Shown here piece after piece: positions 57,213 through 64,000 of a stretch of DNA of 64,000 bases (positions within the stretch are counted from its first letter, which is position 1; the number at the start of each line of letters is the position of its first letter). Made by a program: the position numbers and the translations under genes. The notes under the pieces are model-generated. The model made no database searches. It was not told the origin of the DNA and saw nothing but the letters and a program-made list of their open reading frames with translations. Source of the DNA: Bacteriovoracaceae bacterium (lineage in GTDB: Bacteria; Bdellovibrionota; Bacteriovoracia; Bacteriovoracales; Bacteriovoracaceae); the NCBI GenBank assembly GCA_048270185.1, contig JBLWTJ010000002.1:256001-320000 (forward strand), in the 5' to 3' direction.

Positions 57213-57860
57213 ATGGCAAAAGATAAAAATTACTACGAAGTATTAGAGGTCGCTCCAACTGCTTCTGCTGACGAAATTCAAAAAGCCTATACGGCAGCTC
57301 GTGCAGCTTATAGCGGAGACAGTCTTGCTATTTATTCTCTTCTTTCAGAAGAAGAAGCTCATAAAGTTCTAGAGCTTATCGAAGAAGCCTATAATATTCT
57401 CAGTAACCCTACGAAACGTAAGAAATATAATCAGGCCCGTGGAATCGTTGTTGAAGATGATACGAACTACATGGCCTCACCAAAACCTCAGGCTGAGCCA
57501 GAAGAAGTAAGTAAGGCCGTGGATCAAATGAATCGCCTCGTTGCTAAGAAACGTTATGGCCTGGAGTACGAACAAAACCCAGAGTTTGAAAAAGAAATTG
57601 AACAATGTAGTGAGTACACTGGAGAATTTCTTAAAAAAGTTCGTGAATACAAAGGCGTCGATATTGCTCGCCTTTCAGATATGACAAAGATTTCAAAAAC
57701 ATTTCTTGGTTATATTGAAAATGAAGATGTTGAGAAAATGCCGGCCATTGTTTACGTTCGTGGCTTTGTTTACCAATATGCAAAAGTATTAAAGCTTAAC
57801 CCTGATCTTGTTGCTAATTCATACCTCCAAAGAGTGAAGCTTCTTAAGGAAGGCAAGTAA
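57213..57860 (+). CDS. J-like domain + RodZ-type HTH protein
   Basis: NYYEVLEV...AS.DEI.KAY...IEEAY.ILS.P.KR..Y; GEFLKKVRE..G...TKIS...IEN...PA.VYVRGF..YA..L.L. Confidence 0.85.
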   Translation: MAKDKNYYEVLEVAPTASADEIQKAYTAARAAYSGDSLAIYSLLSEEEAHKVLELIEEAYNILSNPTKRKKYNQARGIVVEDDTNYMASPKPQAEPEEVSKAVDQMNRLVAKKRYGLEYEQNPEFEKEIEQCSEYTGEFLKKVREYKGVDIARLSDMTKISKTFLGYIENEDVEKMPAIVYVRGFVYQYAKVLKLNPDLVANSYLQRVKLLKEGK

Positions 57861-57866
57861 TCTAGC

Positions 57867-58841
57867 ATGAGTGAAGAAAGTAGCAAGTTCGTTATTTCTA
57901 TCACCCAAGAAGATCACGATGAATTCTCACGCCTCGATCAAGTTCTTGCAAGTAAGCTTGAACAATCTCGAAGTTTTCTAAAGGAGCTCTTTAAAAAGGG
58001 TCAGATTACTTCTGATATAAAGATTGAATTAAAGAAAATGCCACCTGTTGGAACACAAGTCACTATCGATATTCCAGCTCCTAGAGAATCCACGGCAAAG
58101 GCAGAAGATATTCCACTAAAGATTCTCTTTGAAGATGAGCATCTCGCCATTGTTGTAAAACCTGTAGGTATGGTGACTCATCCGGCACCAGGAAATTACA
58201 CAGGAACACTGGTCAATGCAATTCTTCACCACTGTAAAGATATTCAAGGTGTTGGAGATGAAAAGCGCCCCGGTATTGTTCACAGGCTTGATAAGGGAAC
58301 AAGTGGTGTAATGGTAATTGCCAAAAATCAAAAATGCCATGAAGAGTTAGTAAAACTCTTTCAGGCACACGATATTGACCGCTACTACCAGGCCATAAGT
58401 GTCAGCACGAAAATACCTGCAGAAGGTCGACTTGAATCGACTATTGGCCGACATCCAAATAATCGTTTAAAGATGGCCGTCGATGTACGCGGCGGAAAGA
58501 ATTCGATCACTAATTTTAAAGTTCTAAAATATTATCAACATTTAAGTCATGTTGAGTTAAAGCTTGAAACAGGAAGAACCCATCAGATTCGCGTCCACCT
58601 AAGCCAGCTTTTAAATGCACCAATTCTTATGGACCCACTATATGGAAGTCCTAAGAATGACTTGAATCGAGTAGACCCAAGACTTCGCGCCATCATTAAG
58701 GATTATGAGCATCCATTCTTACATGCTAAAGTACTTGGCTTCACTCACCCTATTACAAGAGAAAAACTATACTTTGAAGAGCCACCACCGAAAGTCTTTC
58801 AAGATGTCTTAGATTATCTTGAAAGTTTTGAAGGAGAATAA
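57867..58841 (+). CDS. rluD: 23S rRNA pseudouridine synthase RluD-type
   Basis: S4-like RLDQ, KPVGMVTHPAPG, RPGIVHRLDKGTSG, LETGRTHQIRVH; upstream of pgeF. Confidence 0.9.
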   Translation: MSEESSKFVISITQEDHDEFSRLDQVLASKLEQSRSFLKELFKKGQITSDIKIELKKMPPVGTQVTIDIPAPRESTAKAEDIPLKILFEDEHLAIVVKPVGMVTHPAPGNYTGTLVNAILHHCKDIQGVGDEKRPGIVHRLDKGTSGVMVIAKNQKCHEELVKLFQAHDIDRYYQAISVSTKIPAEGRLESTIGRHPNNRLKMAVDVRGGKNSITNFKVLKYYQHLSHVELKLETGRTHQIRVHLSQLLNAPILMDPLYGSPKNDLNRVDPRLRAIIKDYEHPFLHAKVLGFTHPITREKLYFEEPPPKVFQDVLDYLESFEGE

Positions 58842-59420
58842 ATGGCCAAGCTTTTAAATGAGTATCAAATTGGCGACTACCTCTATCAAATCTATGATGA
58901 TAGGCCGGCCTTTGATTTTCTCGAAGTAAAGCAAGTTCACGGCAAAAATATAATCAACACTCTAGACTCTAAAGAGCTTGAAGCAGATGGAATAATCACT
59001 TCATCTAATATACCTCTTGCCATTAAAACGGCCGATTGCCTGCCGATTGCAATTATTGGTGACAACGGTATTGCTAATCTTCACGCAGGCTGGCGTGGAT
59101 TGGCCCAAGAAATCATTAAAGAAGAAAGAATTAAGGCACTCGGGCCCAAAATAGTTTTCATTGGACCACATATAAGTGAAGAGAATTACGAAGTTGGTGA
59201 AGAATTTAAACAAAACTTTCCCGGTTCAAATGCTTTTAGTGTGCTAGAAGGCAGCGTGCACTTTAGTTTAGAGAAAGAACTAAGATCACAAATAATTGTG
59301 ACATATGGAAATATTGAGATTATCAGTGCAAATATATGCACATTTTCAAATCTCAACTATAATAGTTACAGAAGAAATCAAACGACTAAGAGAAATTATA
59401 ATATTTTAAAAAGGAATTAA
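58842..59420 (+). CDS. pgeF: YfiH/PgeF family protein
   Basis: QVHG, ADG, TADCLPI, HAGWRG, IGP.I, YEVG, CT...SYRR. Confidence 0.88.
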   Translation: MAKLLNEYQIGDYLYQIYDDRPAFDFLEVKQVHGKNIINTLDSKELEADGIITSSNIPLAIKTADCLPIAIIGDNGIANLHAGWRGLAQEIIKEERIKALGPKIVFIGPHISEENYEVGEEFKQNFPGSNAFSVLEGSVHFSLEKELRSQIIVTYGNIEIISANICTFSNLNYNSYRRNQTTKRNYNILKRN

Positions 59421-59423
59421 AAT

Positions 59424-60566
59424 ATGAATGACAGTTTTTTAAACAAACTAAGCTTTAACAAAAAGATCATCTTCTTCCTATGTGGATTATTGATGTTTAT
59501 CTTTTCAATCTATCTAACGAATCACTACTACCAAGTAAAATTCCCTGTTGGTTTTGGAGCAGCTTCTGCTTGTAATATCAACTCATTCTTTACTTGTGAT
59601 ACAGCGACTATGTCTCCACTTTCTAATATCGCAGGAATTCCAATTTCTGTTTTTGGTATTGTTGTTGGTGCCATGCTTATGCTTTTTTATATGGTTAATA
59701 AGAAACAAGCTGAAGGTGGTCTTTTCATTCTCCTACTTTTAAATGGTATCGGATGTTTAGTACTTTTTATCTACTCACTTGTTATGCTTGGGACTCTTTG
59801 TCCATTCTGTACGCTTTATTATATCTTTTCTTGGGCCGCACTTCTTATGATGTTCCAAGCAAAGGCCGAGAGAGCATTTGATATAAAATTCTTTGGAACA
59901 GCTATTCTATGTATGGCCATTAGTGGGGCAGTTGCTTATAGCTTTACAAAATCAAAGACTCAAAACTCAACAATTCGTAAGGCACAAATTGTTAACATGT
60001 TTAAGGCACTAACAAATATGGGAACACCAGCGAAGTCTTCACCTTACAGACTAGCAAGCGCTTCTGAGAAGTTTACAGATGCACCGATTCAAATGTCAGT
60101 CTTTTCAGACTTTCAGTGTCCAGCATGTAATGCTCTAAACCAAGTTCTTCCACAAATTGAAAAGAAGTATGAAGGTAAGATCAATATTCAATATTTCTTC
60201 TACCCACTCGATCATAATTGTAATGCCGGAATGCAAGGTCCACTTCACCAATTAGCGTGTCAAGCTGCTTATCTTGCAAGCTGTGTGGGTCCTGAGAAAT
60301 TTAAAGGCGTTCACGATGCAATCTTTGAAAATCAATCATCTCTTTCTCAGACTTGGATTGATGATCAAGCGAAATCATTTGGTGTTCAAGAATGTATGGC
60401 AAAACCAGAAACAAAACAACTTGTTGTGGATATGATTACACAAGCTAATACTTTTAAAGTTCAATCAACTCCGACTCAATTAATTAATGGAGTTAAGATT
60501 GAAGGAGTTAGACCTCTAAGTGACTACACGGCCATTATGGATCATCTTTTAGAGCAAGCTAAGTAA
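59424..60566 (+). CDS. VKOR + DsbA/thioredoxin-fold fusion protein
   Basis: C.IN...CD....S, GIP.S..G, LCPFC (VKOR); FSDFQCPAC, cis-Pro STPT. Confidence 0.9.
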   Translation: MNDSFLNKLSFNKKIIFFLCGLLMFIFSIYLTNHYYQVKFPVGFGAASACNINSFFTCDTATMSPLSNIAGIPISVFGIVVGAMLMLFYMVNKKQAEGGLFILLLLNGIGCLVLFIYSLVMLGTLCPFCTLYYIFSWAALLMMFQAKAERAFDIKFFGTAILCMAISGAVAYSFTKSKTQNSTIRKAQIVNMFKALTNMGTPAKSSPYRLASASEKFTDAPIQMSVFSDFQCPACNALNQVLPQIEKKYEGKINIQYFFYPLDHNCNAGMQGPLHQLACQAAYLASCVGPEKFKGVHDAIFENQSSLSQTWIDDQAKSFGVQECMAKPETKQLVVDMITQANTFKVQSTPTQLINGVKIEGVRPLSDYTAIMDHLLEQAK

Positions 60567-60570
60567 ATCA

Positions 60571-61377
60571 ATGTCTAAGAAAAAAGAAAAAATCATTCCT
60601 AAATATTCAGTGGGTCCAATCGAGACCCACTGTCATCTTGACTACCTAAAAGGACAAGAATTAGTTGATACACTAGCTAAGTGCCAAGAGTACGGAGTTA
60701 ACAAGGTCGTCACAATTGCGGTCTCTCCCAGTAACCTTCAATTAGTAAGAGATTTAACAAAGAATGATATTGTCTTTGGAACTCAAGGGATTCATCCTCA
60801 TGAGGCCAAGCATATAACTGATGAAACATACGCTGAAATAAAGAATCATGTAAGTGACCCTAAGATTGTTGCAGTTGGAGAGATCGGTCTCGATTACTAC
60901 TATGAGTTTTCAGACCCAAAAGTCCAAAAAGAAGCTTTTGAAAAGCAACTACAGATTGCCTGTGATAGTGATCTTCCGGTTGTTATTCACACAAGAGATG
61001 CTGATGAAGATACCAAGGCCATCTTGAAGAACTTCTCTACTCAGCTAAAGAGAAAAGGTGTTATCCACTCTTTTACTAGTGGAATCGAGCTTGCCAAGTT
61101 TTGTTTAAGTGAAGACTTCTATATTGGTTTTAATGGTATTGTTACTTTTAAGAATGCTCAAAATGTTCGCGATGTTCTCGATATAGTTCCAGTTGAAAAG
61201 ATTCTTCTTGAAACAGACTCTCCATACCTAACTCCAGTTCCGTTTAGAGGTCGAGAGAATGCTCCTTTCTACCTTCCATGTGTTGCAGACTTTATTGCCA
61301 CTCATAAAGGTATTCAAGCACAAGATTTAATCGACGTTGCCAATAGCAACGCCGAAAAATTATTCTTTAAATTATAA
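60571..61377 (+). CDS. tatD: TatD family deoxyribonuclease
   Basis: ETHCHLD, GIHPH, VGEIGLDY, IHTRDA, HSF, LLETDSPYL.P. Confidence 0.93.
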   Translation: MSKKKEKIIPKYSVGPIETHCHLDYLKGQELVDTLAKCQEYGVNKVVTIAVSPSNLQLVRDLTKNDIVFGTQGIHPHEAKHITDETYAEIKNHVSDPKIVAVGEIGLDYYYEFSDPKVQKEAFEKQLQIACDSDLPVVIHTRDADEDTKAILKNFSTQLKRKGVIHSFTSGIELAKFCLSEDFYIGFNGIVTFKNAQNVRDVLDIVPVEKILLETDSPYLTPVPFRGRENAPFYLPCVADFIATHKGIQAQDLIDVANSNAEKLFFKL

Positions 61378-62301
61378 TTAAAAAAGACCTTCAGTTGAAA
61401 GGTAGCGCTCACCTGTATCGTAGCAGAATGTGACAACAGTTGAGCCTTCAGGAATTTCTGCAAGCTTCTTATTAATTGCTGCCAAAGAAGCCCCACTTGA
61501 AATTCCTAAGAGGATCCCCTCTTGACGAGCGGCCTGTCGGGTAAATTCAAAAGCTTCTTCCTTTGAAATCGTAATGACTTCATCAAGAAGTTCACGATTT
61601 AATACTTTTGGAACAAAACCTGCTCCAATCCCTTGAAGAGGATGGGGACCAGGATCACCACCAGACAGTACAGGTGAATCGGAAGGTTCGACGGCCACCA
61701 CTTTTAAGTTTGAAAACTTCTCTTTTAAAACTTCAGACACACCTGTGATATGTCCTCCAGTTCCAACTCCAGTTATTAAGTAATCAATAGGCCCATCAAT
61801 ATCAGCTAAGATTTCTTTGGCCGTCGTATCACGGTGAACCGCTACATTTGATGGATTATCAAATTGCATTGGCATCCATGAATTTGCCTCCGCTTCACAA
61901 ATTTCTTGGGCCTTCTCAATTGCCCCCTTCATTCCCTTCTCTTTAGGAGTTAGAACTAGCTCGGCACCAAAGAGCGCCATAAGACGTCTTCTTTCTAAGC
62001 TCATACTCTCTGGCATTGTAATAATTAGGCGATGTCCAAGAACGGCACAGGCCATAGCAAGCCCTACTCCAGTATTTCCAGAAGTCGGCTCCACAATAAC
62101 TGTTCCCTCTTTTACAAGACCTTCTTTAATAGCATCTTCAATCATGCGTTTGGCAATTCGATCTTTAATAGACCCGCCTGGATTAGCACGCTCAAGCTTT
62201 GCGTAAATCGTAATATTTTTCTTTATGGCCTCAGGAAAAAGGCGATTGATTTTTACGAGTGGAGTATTCCCCACTGAATCTAAGATATTATCAAATTTCA
62301 T
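61378..62301 (-). CDS. cysK: cysteine synthase A
   Basis: [15 protein letters not shown] (PLP Lys), [28 protein letters not shown]. Confidence 0.95.
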   Translation of the reverse strand: MKFDNILDSVGNTPLVKINRLFPEAIKKNITIYAKLERANPGGSIKDRIAKRMIEDAIKEGLVKEGTVIVEPTSGNTGVGLAMACAVLGHRLIITMPESMSLERRRLMALFGAELVLTPKEKGMKGAIEKAQEICEAEANSWMPMQFDNPSNVAVHRDTTAKEILADIDGPIDYLITGVGTGGHITGVSEVLKEKFSNLKVVAVEPSDSPVLSGGDPGPHPLQGIGAGFVPKVLNRELLDEVITISKEEAFEFTRQAARQEGILLGISSGASLAAINKKLAEIPEGSTVVTFCYDTGERYLSTEGLF

Positions 62302-63127
62302 ATGTAAGCTCCTCTATATTAAATTGCCCATCCTTCACATCAAGATGAACTTCACTCTTATGATAAACAATCGATTTCTTTCTTATACTTTGAGTTAGCC
62401 AAACGTTTCCCCCAATTATCGAACCTTCACCAATTACAGTCTCTCCCCCTAGTATTGTCGCGTGGGCATAGATCACACAATCATCCTCAATCGTTGGATG
62501 CCTCTTTTTGTTTTGTAGATCCTTACTAACTGATAACGCTCCAAGAGTTACCCCTTGATAAATCTTTACGCGATTTCCAATAATAGCAGTCTCGCCAATA
62601 ACCACTCCCGTACCGTGGTCGATGAAGAAAGATTCACCTATTTGAGCACCAGGATGAATATCAATTCCTGTTTTATTATGGGCATATTCTGCAATCATTC
62701 GAGGAAAGATTGTTAAAGATTTTTCATAGAAAAAGTGGGCCAACCGATGAACAGCAATGGCAAAGAGGCCAGGATAGCACAGGACAACTTCACATATATT
62801 TTGAGCAGCGGGATCTCCCTCAAGAAGCGCATTAGCATCTGCTTCAATCTTTTTAGAAATTTGTAAGAGCTCTTGTCCATAACATTCTGTAATCTTTGAT
62901 CTCTTATCCCCTTCAAGACTTAGAAGATTTAAGATTTGATCAGCATTTAAGAGGTGGCGACTAAAGTATAATTCGAAGTCTTCGTAATTGAGAAATTGCA
63001 TTCTCACGGTTCCAGGAAGAATGATATTTAAGGCCTCTTCAACAAAGTTCTCTATCATCTCTGGCTTGATTTCTGTTTCACTACAAACTTTCTTTTTTTG
63101 CTCATAGAGCTTCTTTATCGTGTCCAT
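62291..63127 (-). CDS. cysE: serine O-acetyltransferase
   Basis: [40 protein letters not shown] 63127 preferred. Confidence 0.93.
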   Translation of the reverse strand: MDTIKKLYEQKKKVCSETEIKPEMIENFVEEALNIILPGTVRMQFLNYEDFELYFSRHLLNADQILNLLSLEGDKRSKITECYGQELLQISKKIEADANALLEGDPAAQNICEVVLCYPGLFAIAVHRLAHFFYEKSLTIFPRMIAEYAHNKTGIDIHPGAQIGESFFIDHGTGVVIGETAIIGNRVKIYQGVTLGALSVSKDLQNKKRHPTIEDDCVIYAHATILGGETVIGEGSIIGGNVWLTQSIRKKSIVYHKSEVHLDVKDGQFNIEELTYEI

Positions 63128-63209
63128 CGGGACAGTATAACACGTAGTTACGAAGTTGCTTTTCACAAAAATCTTATAAATAGTTAACTTGATTAAAGAT
63201 CAGGATAAG

Positions 63210-64000
63210 TTATTGAATATAGCTTTTTAAAATCTCATCTGAAAGAGTATTGGCGCAATTGAGCATGTCGATATCTTCGACTTGATTAAAGCACGAGAAT
63301 GAAATGATATCGTTTCGCCCACAATGAATGTCAGTGAACTCGTCACTTACGCCCGTCACCTTATGAATCCAACAGGCCGAATTAAAGGCCAGAGAATATA
63401 GAGTCGCATATTTTCCTTCTGCACAGAATCCCAGAGAAGCTGAAACGATGGCAAGAATTTTTAGTTCACCATTAATCTCTTTAAAAACAGGTCCTCCGCT
63501 ATCGACGTAGCAAGTATCTGTCTCTTTGTTTCGCATATCAATTTCGTTATAGAAAGTTTTATAAATTGGGATTTGTGCTTTTTTCTTGAGTCCAAAATAG
63601 ACGCCAGTACTTACATCAGGTATAAAACCTAGCTCACCTGTATAGCCAAAACCAACGGCCGTTGTGATTTCTCCAGGCCTTACATTTTCTAGTATTTCTT
63701 TTGGGTCAGTTAAAAGCTTAAAGAATTTCTTTGTCTTTAATGGTTCACTAATTTCAAGGATTGCGAGATCACTTGAAGTTACTTTTCCTAGACCATCTAG
63801 TGGCCCATTTGGATAACTATAGCGAAGACTTGGATGAAGATGAGAGCTAATAACAGAATGAGTTGCATTCAGGCTCATCCTTGGATCTTTTCCAAACTTC
63901 TTACCCAAACCTTCATAGACATAGATTGTATTTGGACTTTTATTTTCTAAGCAGTGAGCTGCTGTCAAAATATATGTTGGAGAAAGGGCAATTCCAGAAC
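63210..64000 (-). CDS. trypsin-like (S1) serine protease, 5' end outside the window
   Basis: SGIALSPTYILTAAHC, DLAIL, DTCYVDSGGP. Confidence 0.88.
   Translation of the reverse strand, partial: SGIALSPTYILTAAHCLENKSPNTIYVYEGLGKKFGKDPRMSLNATHSVISSHLHPSLRYSYPNGPLDGLGKVTSSDLAILEISEPLKTKKFFKLLTDPKEILENVRPGEITTAVGFGYTGELGFIPDVSTGVYFGLKKKAQIPIYKTFYNEIDMRNKETDTCYVDSGGPVFKEINGELKILAIVSASLGFCAEGKYATLYSLAFNSACWIHKVTGVSDEFTDIHCGRNDIISFSCFNQVEDIDMLNCANTLSDEILKSYIQ

Noticed and set aside
59424..60566. VKOR-DsbA fusion as a novelty
   Set aside because: VKOR-thioredoxin-fold fusions are an established architecture
3386..62916. Many 60-109 aa ORFs antisense or out of frame within longer genes (e.g. 3386-3634, 7559-7864, 26151-26480, 35538-35822, 38260-38517, 43236-43538)
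   Set aside because: Shadow ORFs of well-supported genes, with no motifs or translation signals

Overview
AT-rich bacterial chromosomal segment, densely coding, with about 60 genes. Gene content (trypsin-like protease, RCC1/vWA lipoprotein, FecR-fibronectin protein, large secreted orphans, YkuD-type L,D-transpeptidase, prepilin-like protein, many sigma28-type promoters) suggests a predatory Bdellovibrionota such as Halobacteriovorax/Bacteriovorax; this is an inference. Housekeeping genes include leuS, metG, fadD, manA, rluD, pgeF, tatD, cysK and cysE. Points of interest: (1) a bufferin-like MNIO RiPP cluster (ECF sigma, NrsF, Cys-rich precursor, DUF692, DUF2063) with a lipobox-bearing three-repeat precursor and two GT(A/C)ACA-N16-CGAA promoters, one inside the sigma gene; (2) an AT-rich MqsR/MqsA-like toxin-antitoxin islet whose toxin has a tandem-repeat-encoded (KKAK)n tail, with two palindromic operators and near-identical flanking terminators; (3) a FecR + PP2C + HATPase + STAS + hybrid kinase + receiver signalling cluster; (4) a pilin-like gene that appears to need an AUU start; (5) two signalling pseudogenes broken by in-frame TAA codons; (6) many sigma28, sigma54 and extended -10 promoters placed so that the mRNAs would be leaderless; (7) candidate structured RNAs. 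No rRNA, tRNA, CRISPR array, transposase or phage genes were recognised. All family calls come from motif recognition by eye, not from database searches.
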